A stretch of 64,000 nt of DNA from Naegleria gruberi (Eukaryota): assembly GCA_000004985.1 (NCBI GenBank), contig GG738867.1; one strand, written 5' to 3'. Below, piece after piece: positions 21,673 to 34,321 of the stretch. The position numbers and the translations under genes are program-made. The notes below the pieces were generated by a model, which saw nothing but the letters and a program-made list of their open reading frames with translations, was not told where the DNA came from and did no database searches. The stretch's first letter is position 1. Each line of letters opens with the position of its first letter.

Positions 21673-23082
21673 ATGGAAAAACGTAAACGAGCCAATGAAG
21701 ATCCAATGATAGCTAATGATGATGAAGAAACAACACTTAGAGTAAATGACCAACTTTGTCCCCATCAATTAGCCTATGAAGAGTTGGAAACCTATAGAAT
21801 GACTAAATTGGTTCAATTCAACAAGGAGAAGGAAGATCATCTCACAAGAAAGAAAGAGTTGGAGATTTTAGCTGATTTTTTAAAGCCTTCCACTGATAAA
21901 GAAGTGGAAACTTTATCAGATCCAACATTGGAGGAAATTATAAACTCACAAGATGCAGAGAATTTAATTAAATTGAATGTTGGAGGGAAGATCTTTACTA
22001 CCACACGTTCCACAATTATGAAGAGAGATAACATGTTAAAAGTAATGTTAAATTCAGAGTTTAAAATTGATACAGATGATAATGGTAATATATTGTTTGC
22101 TGATCGAAACCCTGATTACTTTCAGTTAATTTTAGAGCATTTGAGAACTGGTAAGTTTCTAATAATTTCCGAGATTACTAATTCTTTTAAAGGTTCCACA
22201 ACACATATTGGTATTTGGGAGGGAAACAAATATTTGACTAAACTGAGACATCTTTTAGATGAATCTGAGTTTTTTGGTACAGCAAAATTGAGTGATTCTA
22301 TTCGTATCATGATTGGCGAAAAGACTGAGGATAGTCAAGAAGAGAAAACAGAAGATTCCACTATGGTTGATAGTGGTGTAGTTGATATTCCTCCAAACAA
22401 CAAAATGTTTGATGATCAAGAAAAGCAAGATGAAGATTGGATACAAGAATTCTCCAAGCTTACTATTCAACAAAAGCAAAATTTAGATAATTACTTTATT
22501 GAAACTGAAAAACAATTACAAAAGGAGAAGGAAGAAATTATTGAGAAGGAAAAGGCTCTGAAAATGTTTGATGTGACATTTAATGTTAGAGGAGTTCTAT
22601 TCAAAGTCAATATTGAAAAGATTTTGAAACATAGCAATTCTCTCTTTATTCCAATGGTAAAAAAGATTGCATTATCTGGTGAGAAGGTCATCTTTATAGA
22701 TAGAGATCCAACTGTATTCTCAGTATTTTTCCATTATATTGAAACTGGAAATGCAAACATTCCACCTGAAGATTTTAAAAAGAAACAATTGTATAAGGAA
22801 GCTAAATTATTCAAATTGGATTCGTTTTTAGAATATTTTAATCCAATCCGTTTTCCTATGGAGTTGTATGGTAAAGAGAATTTAGAAATTAAGAAAGAGG
22901 AGGATATTTTGAGAGGAATGTTTGCAACTGATAGAGAGAACCCTGTTTTAAATGATCCTTATTTATTGTTACTTAACGTTTTTGGAAAGGATGGTAATTT
23001 AAGAAATTCTTTCAAGATTAAGGAAGAAGTTCCAAAAGATATTGGTCTAATTTTTGACTTTGAAAATCCAGTAGGTTTTTAA
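21673..23082 (+). CDS. protein with two KCTD-type BTB/POZ (T1-like) domains, 469 aa
   Basis: Two copies of the BTB/T1 pattern: IKLNVGGKIFTTTRSTIMKRDNMLKVMLNSEF and FDVTFNVRGVLFKVNIEKILKHSNSLFIPMV...DRDPTVFSVFFHYIETG. Acidic K/E-rich linker. Confidence 0.65.
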   Translation: MEKRKRANEDPMIANDDEETTLRVNDQLCPHQLAYEELETYRMTKLVQFNKEKEDHLTRKKELEILADFLKPSTDKEVETLSDPTLEEIINSQDAENLIKLNVGGKIFTTTRSTIMKRDNMLKVMLNSEFKIDTDDNGNILFADRNPDYFQLILEHLRTGKFLIISEITNSFKGSTTHIGIWEGNKYLTKLRHLLDESEFFGTAKLSDSIRIMIGEKTEDSQEEKTEDSTMVDSGVVDIPPNNKMFDDQEKQDEDWIQEFSKLTIQQKQNLDNYFIETEKQLQKEKEEIIEKEKALKMFDVTFNVRGVLFKVNIEKILKHSNSLFIPMVKKIALSGEKVIFIDRDPTVFSVFFHYIETGNANIPPEDFKKKQLYKEAKLFKLDSFLEYFNPIRFPMELYGKENLEIKKEEDILRGMFATDRENPVLNDPYLLLLNVFGKDGNLRNSFKIKEEVPKDIGLIFDFENPVGF

Positions 23083-23115
23083 TTTTATATTCGATTGTGG
23101 TTAACTCTATAAAAG

Positions 23116-24986
23116 GTGGAGAAATCTGACTTGTGTACACCAAAAAATCGGCTTCAACCACCAAAAGTTCCAGAGTTATGTGAAACAAAGGAGGAATTTT
23201 ATACTCAATTTAATGCTTTTACTTATGGAATGTTTAGGAACATGGATTGGGCCAATGTATTCATTGCAGGTAGGTTTTTAAATTTATTCCAATGTGGTTA
23301 ACTGTTATTAGGTGGATCTGTGTTGGCAACTCTCTTGAAGGTTTCACATTATCTAGCTGGATCTGTAACTAAAAAGAATGATTCTAAACAGAAAATCATT
23401 TCTTGGGATATTGATGATGGAGATCAAATTTTGGAAAAAGAGGAAGATGTGGTGATGAACAGCGATAATGAATATTTTTCTGACACAGATAGTGATGCTA
23501 GTACCATTGAATATGATGGTTATCAGCCTTACTATTCTCAAAGAGAAAAAAACTCTAAGAAAACATCTTTGGTTGATGAAAGATTAGCCAAATATTTTAC
23601 AGGGGCATCTATGTGGAAAGATTCTGATATTGATATATTCTTGTATGATCTTACACCAGAACAAGCAGAACAAAAAATTGAATATCTCTATAACCTCTTC
23701 AAGAAAAACCTGAAAGATCTTTCTCCAAACAAATATTGTGATATCAAATCAGTGTCCATTGAGGAAAAAGGAAGTTATAGAGCATGGCGTCCTACCAGAG
23801 AATATTTGGAAAGTGGTCCAGTTCATAAATATGATGATCCTGAAGATATTATGATCATTAGAACAGAACATGCAATAACCTTTCGTATGAATCATCCAAT
23901 TCGTTCTATTCAAATCATTTTGCGTTTATACAAAAGCCCTGCTGAGATACTTATAGGATTTGATTTGGCATCTTGTTCTATTGGCTTTGATGGTCATGAA
24001 GTTTATTGCTTGCCAAGAACTAGAAAGGCCTTATTGACTCGGTGTAATCTAGTCGATCCAGATAGACAATCATTGTCCTACGAAACAAGATTAGTCAAGT
24101 ATGCTCTGAGAGGTAAGTAATGAAATTAAGAAATTAATGCTATTTCATGTAGGATTTCGTATTGGTGTCGCAGGCTATAATCCCAGTAAAATAGCTAGAC
24201 ACTCACTTGTTAGTAGTGTATTTTCTTTCCCCAGAAGTAATATTAAATCTGTCAGTGGTTTAGCCAGAATTCTATTAATTAGATCTGCTTATAAATACTG
24301 TGATGACCACACTAGAATTTTCACAAGAATTAGAGGAACAGGAAGTGATTTGAAAAAGACTGAGAAAGAAATTTCAAATCCACCAAGAGATCATGATTAT
24401 GCACAAGTTGATTTCTCTTCACAATTTTTTGGATTACATATCTTTAACAGAAAAATTGAAAAAAAGATTAATTATTTACAAGAGCAGAAAATATTGAAAA
24501 AGAAACCATTTTTTGAATTTGCTTTGAATGATATCCAGAAAATTATCAAACCAACACCAGACCAACAAATCTCATCTCTTCCATCACGTATTGAATGGAT
24601 AACAATTGAACCAGGAAGGCAATCTATCGGATCATTCCATCCCTCTGACAAGTAAGTTTCCAATACATTTCCCTTGATATTAACACTAACTCAGAAACTT
24701 CTTAGAAGATGCATACACAGATATTTCCTCACCTCTAACGAAAAAGAAGATTAAAATCAATTGGTATTGGTATACGAATGGAATGAAGCAACAACTATTC
24801 GATAAAGAAATGATCATTGAAATTGAAAAACAATACAGAAATCGGTCAACCCTTTCTGGAAAAGAATGTGAAATTGGCTTTTTCAAATTCAATTTTAATA
24901 ACATGAGTGTGGAACACAATGGACAATGGTATGATATTGACAGAGTTAAACAACCATACAATTACAAATATTTTACCAAGAAATAG
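23116..24986 (+). CDS. multi-exon gene: candidate nucleotidyltransferase-fold N-terminal region and C-terminal WWE domain
   Basis: Exon 1 is 23116-23270 (donor FIAG|gtaggt). Exon 2 is 23328-24113 (GGSVLATLLKV...), exon 3 is 24152-24653, and the WWE exon is about 24700-24986. GGS is followed, after a roughly 100-aa acidic insert, by WKDSDIDIFLYD, resembling the Pol-beta-like NTase hG[GS]...DhD signature. The WWE part INWYWYTNGMKQQLFDKEMIIEIEKQYRN...FFKFNFNNMSVEHNGQWYDIDRV follows the RNF146/Deltex WWE pattern W.W.dd.G.W.pY.......iE.AY......Y.vdF..M.Q.N..T...R.v.R. The phase of the junction between exon 3 (donor AA|gtaagt) and the WWE exon could not be resolved by eye. Confidence 0.5.
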
Positions 24987-25106
24987 TCCACCCTGTTAAC
25001 AAATTGTCCTCGTAAAATTCTGATCAGGTTGAACTCCAATATATTATTCCACACCAATCATCAATAAATCATCAAAATTAATATCATTGGATCACTTACA
25101 AAAAAA

Positions 25107-26413
25107 ATGGCTCAAAACATCAGTGACGAAGATTTTATCGAGAGAACAAGATCTAATATCGGAAAGAGAGGATTCTTTTATTTTATCCCAACCATTTCCA
25201 TTCTCCTCTACATGATCATTCCAATTGTTGCCTTGAGTAGTTTTGTTGGATTTTTAGCAGTTAATTTTAAAACAGAAAAAGAAAGAATTGATTATTTGCA
25301 ACATTTTGGTAATAGTGCATATAATTTAACTAGTTCCTACTCTGGAAAGGTGATCAATATGGTAAATTCTGACAAGTTGTCTGCTGAACAAAGTGTTGAA
25401 ATGGTTCATGCTAAATTACGTTCATTCTTTACTTTTACTGAATTGAATTATGCCATTATTGTAACATCAATGATTGGATTGGTTATTTATATGAGAGTTG
25501 TTGTAATGACAAAGCTTATTGTTTTTACATGGTTGAGAAGATTGATTTTTGGAGCTATTCCTGATGATTTCATGTTGGTTGACTTTTGTAAGTTTTAAAA
25601 TTTGTTTCTAATTCTTAAAATTGAAAAGTGACTTTGAAAAAGGAAAGAACCATTGAAAATATCAAAGGTTTAATTGATCAATTATTTGAAATTACCAAAC
25701 TTAACATTCAAGATATTGATACCATTATTGTTGATACCACAAATAAGGATAAGGTAATTGATGACTTGATGGTTCATTTGGATGAAAGTAAGAAGAATAT
25801 CAAAATGGTTTCACTTTGTGGAATGAATATTTCCTCATTCAATTTAGTTAAGGATACTCTTCCAAAGAAGTCAAGAGCTTTGATTGTTACAAATAATGGA
25901 AATAAGGATACAACTGTTGTTGTGGTTTCTAATAATCCAAAAGATGTTAAAATCTCCAAGTACATTCTAGGTAAGTGAATGTTTTGAATTCTAGTGTTTA
26001 ATTCTCTTTCTTCAGTTAAATCTGAAACAGTTGTTGCCAGTGAAAATTCAGAATCTGATATTGCTTCAGCATGGAATAATTCTAAATGTGCTCATCTTTG
26101 TTTGGGTATTACTGAAGAAAAGTTGAATACTGTAAAGAAAGGTATGTGAAATTTACTTAGTATTAATTTCAAATGAATCTTTTAAAGAACTTGAAGAATC
26201 AACCTTGGAACCAACTTTGAAATCTTTCCATCACTTTGGAGCAAACACTACTTCCTTTAATGGTAAGTTATTTTTTACAATAATCACATTTACTCTTTAA
26301 TAACCAGCATTGGAATTTATTGAAAATAAGCGTAAAGGAAAGAGGAATGATTTGATTCTACAAATGAATTGTGGAACCAATTCAATTACTAAAATTGTTT
26401 GGAAAGTTATATA
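25107..26413 (+). CDS. hypothetical membrane protein, 5 exons
   Basis: Exons are about 25107-25598, 25628-25976, 26017-26147, 26189-26263 and 26308-26413. All junctions are GTAAGT/GTATGT...AG. Two N-terminal TM helices. No family recognised. Confidence 0.5.
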
Positions 26414-26454
26414 AAAATTTCATTATTATTATTCTACACACAAAATTATTGGGA

Positions 26455-27027
26455 TTATTCAGATGAGGATCTTTCTTGGTTAATCTTAACCTTAACTGGA
26501 TTTTCAGTGAGAAGTTGTTGTTCAATTTGTAACAGCAGTTTTTGTGCTTGTTCAGCATCGAGTGCTTGTTGTTTCAATCCACTAGCAACGACGTTCTTAA
26601 CAATCATATTGTCATAAACGAATGATTTGTTCTTACTAATCTTTTGTCCATTATGCATAATTTGAATAATATCACCAACATCGGTTTCATTAGTTTCATC
26701 ATGATAGCTATTTTCCAATAAATAAAACAAATTCCAAACAATTCCGTATTAAATTAATTGATATAAAGATACCACACAAAATAATTCAACAACATTAAAA
26801 CATTCCATAAAAAACAAAATGTTGAACAACAAAATTAATTTCCGCGTTTCAAACATTTTCTCTACTTACAATATCTTTTTATGTTTACGGATCATAACAC
26901 CATATTTTGTATTCCAGTGATATCTAGGGACCAACAAGACACCAGTCTTTTCCATCTTCTTTGAAGCGACGGTACCGACAAGTCTTGTACTACTACTAAT
27001 GTTGGCGAGGTTTATTAAGTGACGCAT
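26455..27027 (-). CDS. mitochondrial ribosomal protein uS17m (MRPS17) homolog, 2 exons, 137 codons
   Basis: Exon 1 is 26870-27027: MRHLINLANISSSTRLVGTVASKKMEKTGVLLVPRYHWNTKYGVMIRKHKKI. Exon 2 is 26455-26707: (F)YHDETNETDVGDIIQIMHNGQKISKNKSFVYDNMI.... This matches the bacterial/mito uS17 pattern GxVVSDKMxKTxVVxVxRxxxHPxYGKxIKRxKKYxAHDExNxxxxGDxVxIxExRPLSKTKxWxLV. Intron 26708-26869 with donor TT|gtaagtag and phase-2 junction; the total is divisible by 3. Confidence 0.65.
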
Positions 27028-27292
27028 TTTTTCCAATCAATTTTTGAGGTTTTTTTATTTTTAAAAATTTTATTTAAATTTATTGGCCAATAAATTAAAC
27101 CTACGAAAGAAAGGGATGAATTTTCATAATGAATATTATTGGCAAGTTGGTATTTTGGACAAGTGGAATGGATTTACCATGTGTTGAAGGTCAACACACT
27201 TGAGGACATCTTTGGTAAATTTTTTCATTTCGTCTAAATTAGTCCTTCTGATTAAAATAGTTTCGAACAAATATCAAAAAAACATCTCAACA

Positions 27293-27976
27293 ATGAGCAG
27301 CCACATCTTGCCATCGAAAACCTCTGATCTCTCATCTAGCCACTATATTGATGGTAAATATAGTGACATCTATGAGAAGAGAAGACAAATAGAAAATATT
27401 CGATTCGATCCAAATATTCCGAATGAACAAAAGGTTGAAATATTAAAAGTTGAATTTGAAAATCTAAATAGATTGGAACATGATCTTTTACTCCTACAAA
27501 AAGAATCATACAATACTTTGGAAGAAGAACTAGATTTAGATTCAATTAAACTTGTCATTGGCTTTCCAAAATATATTCAACATGATTTGACAAGTAATAA
27601 TAATATTTCAACTTCAAACACTGTTATAAGGGATGATTCATCTATTTCAAGTAGTGGTACTGGTAGTAGTGGTATTAACACTGTTGGTGGACTTAATCCA
27701 TTTGTTGATGTTATTGTTGGAAGAGGAAGATCTAGAACACTCGATCATAATCCATTTACAAAAGCTACATCACTTGGAGCAATGTCACAAAAGGATACTT
27801 TCAGATATCATGAAAATAAGTATGAAGCAAAGAAATTGAAAGATGAAATTCGTGAATTGAGAGCTGAATTACTTTTATTAAAGAGAAAAAAGAAAATGTC
27901 AGATTTGGAAGAAGAAAGAACAATTGAATTAGAAGATCAAATTAAAGATAAGGAAAGTTCAATCTTAAAGGTTTAA
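27293..27976 (+). CDS. hypothetical coiled-coil protein, about 227 aa
   Basis: ORF with a C-terminal heptad-like K/E/L-rich segment (KKLKDEIRELRAELLLLKRKKK). No family assigned. Confidence 0.4.
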   Translation: MSSHILPSKTSDLSSSHYIDGKYSDIYEKRRQIENIRFDPNIPNEQKVEILKVEFENLNRLEHDLLLLQKESYNTLEEELDLDSIKLVIGFPKYIQHDLTSNNNISTSNTVIRDDSSISSSGTGSSGINTVGGLNPFVDVIVGRGRSRTLDHNPFTKATSLGAMSQKDTFRYHENKYEAKKLKDEIRELRAELLLLKRKKKMSDLEEERTIELEDQIKDKESSILKV

Positions 27977-28020
27977 TTAGATTTGATAAATTTGAAATTG
28001 TACATAAAATTTAATTTACA

Positions 28021-29706
28021 TTAGTTTTGATTAATGCCATCTAAATACTTTCTAAGGTCGTCGAACTGCTTATGAAGTTCATCTATTGAGATAGGTTTAG
28101 ATTCAGAAAGACGTTTAGGAGCTCTATTTAAGCTGTTTAACAATGTACCAACAACTTCTTCATCATCAAAGCCATCACTTTCTTGAAGCATTGTCATATC
28201 ATCAACTGAACCAATGAAAGGGAAATCATCATCAATTATACTTTCTTGATGGTCTTCATCTTCATCATCACTGGAATCCAGTCCTTCCAATAAATTTGGC
28301 ATAAAATCAATAACTTTATGCTTATCCAATGAACGAGGCATATCTTGGAATCCATTTCCAGTGAATAGGGAAGGAATAGTATCAATTCTTTCAAAGTTAT
28401 TCAAAGATCCAGGTGATTGTTTCAATGATTCTGATAACATAGATGGTGGATGATATGATCCCATTGGAGAAAATTTAATTTCTCCAAAGCTTCCAAATGG
28501 TGGAGAAACTGAAGATTGATAAGCAAGATTCAAATTTGCACCACTATTTTGTCTAGGAATAGAAGTTCCGGTAGCAGGTGATGCTCCCAACATTGGATTT
28601 GAGAAAGGAGGTGTTTCAGTTGGAAGGAATTTTGGTTTTTGTCTTTCAAAAGTGAGTGGAATATTCATTGGTTTACTCAATGAGCTACTTGTTGCAGTGT
28701 TAATAGTTGGTCCATCAATATCCTCTGGATTTTGAATAATTGGAGTATTCTTTTTTGGTGGCATACTCATTGTTCTCTTTCTATCAAATTCCAAAGGTGG
28801 AACCTTCTCCTTTAAAGAGGAAGGTTCAGTTTTCTGATCGTTGAAATTAACATGCATATGCGCAATAGATTGAGTTCTCTTTCTTTTATCTTCTTGATCA
28901 CGAGTATCAGAGAAGTAATCCTTATCTATTTGACTTTCTGTAAGGACTGAATGTTCATTTGTTGTCAATAACTCGGAAAGCTTTTGTTTTCTATATTTTA
29001 CACTAATTTTCATTTTACAAAGGGATGTGGCTTCTATTGATGAAAAATCAACAGTTCTCAAATATGCTAAATAGTTAAGGTAAGAATTTCAAAACTTTCA
29101 AAACTTACTTGTCTCATTTGGAGAGGTTTCAGTTGGGGAAATAGTAAAATTAAGGGTATAACCCAATCCAGTTCTATGTTTTTGTAATTTTTGAAATACA
29201 GAGTATGATGGTAATAATAAAATGTATGAGAAGAGGGATCTTATTAAAACAATAGATTTCCTATATGCAGAACGGAGATGATAATTTAAATCTTCTTGTT
29301 GTTTGTCTGAAAGAGGACTTTCCTTTGATTTATCAGTTACTTCAATACACCATCTTTCCAATAAATGTTTTTTAGAAGATCCAGTCTCTTCCGCATAAAT
29401 ATCAATATAAATGTTTTTTGGTTGATTTGGATTAGAATTATTATTATTTGTATTTCCTGAAAAACTCTTGAAAAGTCTCTCCAATAACGAATTTACACCT
29501 TCTGTTTCTTGAAGTTTAATTTGAAACTGTTGTTGCATTAGAAGAAGAATTAATTATTTGGAAAACGTACCCATGATGCTTTGTCCTTCTCGTATTTCAC
29601 TACAGGGAAGTTAATACGATTATTCAAAATAAGATTTACAGATTTATATACAAATTCCTTCCAAAGGTGTTCAAATGAAACTTTGTTTGAAGTGGCGGAA
29701 GACATG
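28021..29706 (-). CDS. atg13: ATG13 (autophagy-related protein 13) homolog, HORMA domain plus disordered C-terminus, at least 3 exons
   Basis: Exon 1 is 29580-29706: MSSATSNKVSFEHLWKEFVYKSVNLILNNRINFPVVKYEKDKASW, compare human KFIKFFALKTVQVIVQAR. Exon 2 is 29098-29538, with LERWCIEVTD (LEIWCLEMNE) and YRKSIVLIRSLFSYILLLPSY ([21 protein letters not shown]). Exon 3 is 28021-29061, the S/P-rich C-terminal region. Introns have gtacg/gtaag donors. Confidence 0.65.
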
Positions 29707-29975
29707 CTAAATTTTAAAATTGGTTAATTACTACTCGCTCGGGTTATGATCATATAAGATCACTTTACAACTATTGTACAAGAAATTATTGTTGTTATTC
29801 ACTGAACACAATGCAAATTACAACAACAAAAAAGAATCCACGTAACGTGATGAAGGTGGAAATGAATGTATGAAATTTTTTTTAAAGTTAAAAATAAATT
29901 GAAGAGAAGGAATAACAAGTAAGGTTTACAACCTCAATATCAGCACAATATACGGACACTTGACAACATATTTAT

Positions 29976-32835
29976 TTAATTGTATTGATACTTTGATTCA
30001 ACTCTTCTTTCAAAAAATTTGATAACTTCTTCAATTAACCAAACACTAGAAGAAACAAGAGTAACATAAAGTAACTCAGATAAACTCAAAGGTTCTGTTT
30101 CAAAAATACCTCTCATTACTGGAACATATAACATGGATAATTGACCTAACAAACAGCCTCCAACAGAAAGGGCAAGTGGAATATTTGTCAACCAACCAAC
30201 TTGGAAAACTGATTTCTTTTCAGATCTACAATTGAATGCATTGAAAATTTGGAAGAAAACAAAAGTAGTAAATGTAATTGATGTTGTGTGTGCTGTGACA
30301 ACTCCATCATGTGCCATTTCACGAATAAAAACGTATAATGTACCAATAACCATAATAAGGGCAGAAAGGGCAACAGACATGACAATCTTACCAGAGGTAA
30401 TTGGCTTTTTAGTATCTCTAGGTGGTTGATTCATTACATCTTCATCAACTGGTTCAACACCAAGTGATTGAGCTGGTGGACCATCCATGATAATATTAAT
30501 AAATAAAATTTGCATTGGATTCAATGGTAAAGGATAACCCATAAATGTGCAGAAAATAATGATAAACATGCAACTAACTGAGGTGGTAAGTTGATATCTC
30601 AAGAAGCTCTTAATATTTCTGAAAATACCCTTGCCTTCTTCAATTGCAGAAAGAATAGTTGGGAAGTTATCATCTGCTAAAATCATTTCTGAAGCTTCCT
30701 TACTGACATCTGTACCAGATTTACCCATAGCAATACCAATGTTAGCCATTTTGAGAGCTGGAGCATCATTAATACCATCTCCAGTCATGGCAACAACGTA
30801 TTCAGCCTTTTGGTAAGCGCTGACAATCTTCATCTTGTGAACAGGAGCCATTCTATAGAAAACTCTTGCCTTATAAATCTTATCCTCAAAGTCTGAAGTA
30901 GATAAATCTTCAACAGACAAAGCATATTCCTTTTCATCACCATCTTCAGGAACAATATTAAGCTCCTTAGCAATGGCAACAGCTGTTTTCATAGAGTCAC
31001 CAGTAATCATGACAACTTTAACACCACCCTTATATAATGCAGAGACAGCTTCCTTAACACCTGGTCTTGGAGGGTCATAAATACCAACAACACCAACAAA
31101 TGTAAGTTCAGAACTTGGTTTGTCACCAACACACAAAGCCATAACTCTGAGAGCACTTTCAGCAAAGAGTGAAGATGTATTTTCAATTTCTCTTCTCAAT
31201 TGATCGTTCAGTGGTTTCTTTTGATTTTCTGTTCCGATACAATAATGAGTACAATTTCCTAAAATGTTTTCAATAGCACCCTTAACATAGTACATTTCCT
31301 TTCCTGTTTCAATATTCTTACTCTTGACAGCCATCCACTTATGTTCAGAACTGAAAGGTATTTCTTCAACTCTCTTATGTTTAGATCTAATATCAGCAAC
31401 ATCCAATCCACCTTTTTGAGCAGCAGTGATGAGAGCAGCTTCAGTTGGTTGACCAACAATCTTGGAAGTAGCAAAATCAACTGAGGCGTTATTACAAACA
31501 ACACCAACTTTAAGTAAGGTATGAAGATGAGAAACTTCAGTTGGTTTGATAGCTTCTCCCAAATTATGATCATATCTATTCTTAAGAGAAGAAATAGAGG
31601 CCTTATGGAAAGAACCTTCGTATGCTTGATAACCAAGACCAGTAACATTAATCACAGCATCTTGTTCAGCAAGAGTGAAAGCCTTGACCAAGGTCATTTC
31701 ATTCTTTGTTAAGGTACCAGTTTTGTCGACACAAACAACATTACAAGCACCCAAAGATTCAACCGATGGTAATTTTCTAACAATAGCCTTCTTTTTAGAC
31801 ATTCTAATAACACCCATAGCAAGAGTGACAGTAACTACAATAGGTAAACCTTCTGGAATAGCAGCTACAGCCAAACTAATACCCATTTGGAACATTTCCA
31901 ACCATGGCTTACCAGTTAAACCACCAATTAAGAATATAACTCCAATAACTCCAAAAGATAAGTAGGAAATCTTTTGAGATAAATCATCCATAGCATCTTG
32001 AAGAGGTGTATTCTTTTCCTCAATTGATTTCAATAAATCTGAAATTTTACCAATTTCAGTCTTTTGTCCAGTTGAAACAACTACACCTTTACCATTACCA
32101 ACAGATACCAAAGTACCCATAAAGGCAATATTTTTACAATCAGAAACATGTGTAGATTTAGGGAATGGATTACTGGATGATTCTTCAGATTGATGGAAAG
32201 GAAGATCAGCTCTTTCAATTGTTTTGCTTGCAGGATTAACTTCTCCTGTAAAAACACTTTCATCAACTCCCAATCTCGAAATTTCAACAAGTCTAACATC
32301 TGCAGGAATTCGATCACCAGATGAAAATACCACAACATCACCAGGAACAATATCCGAAGCAGAAATAACTTGAGGATTACCATCTCTAATCACTGTAGCT
32401 TTGTGTGTTGTAAGTTCTTTTAATGAATCCAAAGCTTTATCACTTCTCCATTCTTGGATAAACGCCACTGTACATACAATGAATACTGCCAAAGAAATAG
32501 AAATAGCATCATCATATTGTCCTAAAAGAAGACTAATTGCAGCACTTCCCAACAAGAGTAAAATCATTGGTTCCTTGAATTTTTCAATAAATTTAGAAAA
32601 TAAAGATTCTTCTTCCTCTTCTTTTAATTCGTTTGGACCGAGTATATCCAATCTTCTCCTAGCTTCCTTCTCGGTCAAACCAATGTTTATATCAGTTTCA
32701 AAAACTTGTCATGTAAATATAAGCTATTTTGATAATGTACTTACTTTCTGTTATCTCTTCAGGTGCTCTTTGAACAGCCTCATCAATATCAAATTCATTG
32801 GCCAGAGCCCTTTCCGATAGAGAGTGTTGCACCAT
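29976..32835 (-). CDS. secretory-pathway Ca2+/Mn2+-transporting P-type ATPase (SPCA/PMR1 type), 2 exons, about 930 aa
   Basis: Exon 1 is about 32740-32835 (MVQHSLSERALANEFDIDEAVQRAPEEITE). Exon 2 runs to 29976. Motifs: GLTEKEARRRLDILGPNEL, IPEGLPIVVTVTLAMGVIRMSKKKAIVRKLPSVESLGACNVVCVDKTGTLTKNEMT (very close to SPCA1), TGDSMKTAVAIAKELNI, and GDGINDAPALKMANIGIAMG. Confidence 0.9.
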
Positions 32836-33408
32836 ATTATTATTTTATGAATGTTTGTATTTTTTTGTTTTCTGTTGGAAATAGATGATGGCGCCCAAGT
32901 AAAGTGGCACATGAACACGTGTTTGCACACCTTGAAGAACAAACACGAAAGTCTCGGAATTGTTGTTCATTTTGACCAAAGGGAAATTGATTCGGTGGAT
33001 CCACAATGACATCCAAGTTGTATATTAAGCTTTGTGTCCATATTCAAAATTGATTTCTTCTCATCACTTTTTATGAATTCTTAAGAGAGCATTCTAAGGT
33101 ACACAAACAAGATGTACTTGGTGTTGAACATTTAAAAAACCATTCAGTATAAGAATGTCCAAGTAAGATTGAAGTGTTATATTATTTTGATTTTTACTGG
33201 TCTTCTTTGCGTTACTCTTACGTTTAAAGTATTTCATTTACAGGTCTTTTCTGTTTTTCTTAATTGAGTGTTTTCTTTCTGTAGTTTGACGTTTTCTTCT
33301 ACTGTTTGCTTGAGAAGGGAATCCAATGTTGTTAGTTTCTTTTTAGTTTTTTCAGTTTCAATGGAGCTTGTCATTGCTTTTCAGCAATTAACATTGTGAT
33401 TGCGAATA

Positions 33409-34244
33409 TTACTTACCAATAGTTTCAAAGGATTGTATCTGAGATTTGATTGTTGTCAACTCTGATTGAATATTTTCATATAATGACTGAAATTGATCTT
33501 TAGCTTGTTGAGTGGAACTCAGTGTTGAAATCACCTTTTTGTTTTGTTCCTTTAATAAGGAACAGTTGCATTCAAGCTCAATGTTTCTTCTCTGAGAGAA
33601 ATGATAAATGAATGGAATACACTGAAACAAACCTTGATTTGTTCAAACACCACTTGTTGAGCCTCGAACTTTAGTTTAGAATCCAGTGATTCTTTCATAA
33701 GTAAATCTCTTTCTGAGGACAATTCTTTGATCCTTTCCATGTAATGTCTTTCTAACCTCTCTCTTTCTTGTTCATTCTTCTTTACTATTGAGGAGATGAT
33801 ATCCATTTCAGCTAATGATGTTGTTCTTGCTGAATCTAAATCCTTTGCGCAAAGGGATTGATATTTGGCCAGTTCTTGCTCCCTCTTATTGATGATCACA
33901 AATTGAAGTTGAAATAATTGACAATTACTTACTCTCAAATCTTGAAGTTCTTGAATCATATCAAGTAGATATTCCTTTGTTTCTCCAAACATATTTTCTG
34001 CCTTTGCAATTAATTCACTATGCAGAAGAATTGAGGAAGGCTTGTGTGTGTCATCATCGACCATTGCTGATTGTAGATGTTCCTCCTCTAATGTAGATGT
34101 TTCCATTGGTTCGGTGAAAGTTGATTCATGCTCTGAAGAAGAATACAAGCCTACTACTTCCTCTTCTGTTGCTGTTGTAGATTGATCAATAGGCTTTTCT
34201 TGTTGATTATCCTTAATTGATTCATCCATTTCTTCTTGATTCAT
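33409..34244 (-). CDS. hypothetical coiled-coil protein (at least 2 exons), acidic N-terminus
   Basis: ORF 33552-34244 (230 aa) is heptad-rich (ELAKYQSL..., ERERLERHYMERIKELSSERDLL). It probably joins the 33409-33630 ORF through a short intron. No family assigned. Confidence 0.4.
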
Positions 34245-34321
34245 TTTTTTTGAAATGTAAATGGAAAAATTAAGGAGGGAAAATATAAATAATTTCTAGA
34301 ATGTTTATTAGTGTACACTTT

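Noticed and set aside
32676-32678. Track start codon of the Ca-ATPase ORF is TTG (also 5618, 58847)
   Set aside because: These are not real initiation sites. They are exon-internal positions. The true N-terminal exon (32740-32835) or upstream exons supply the start.
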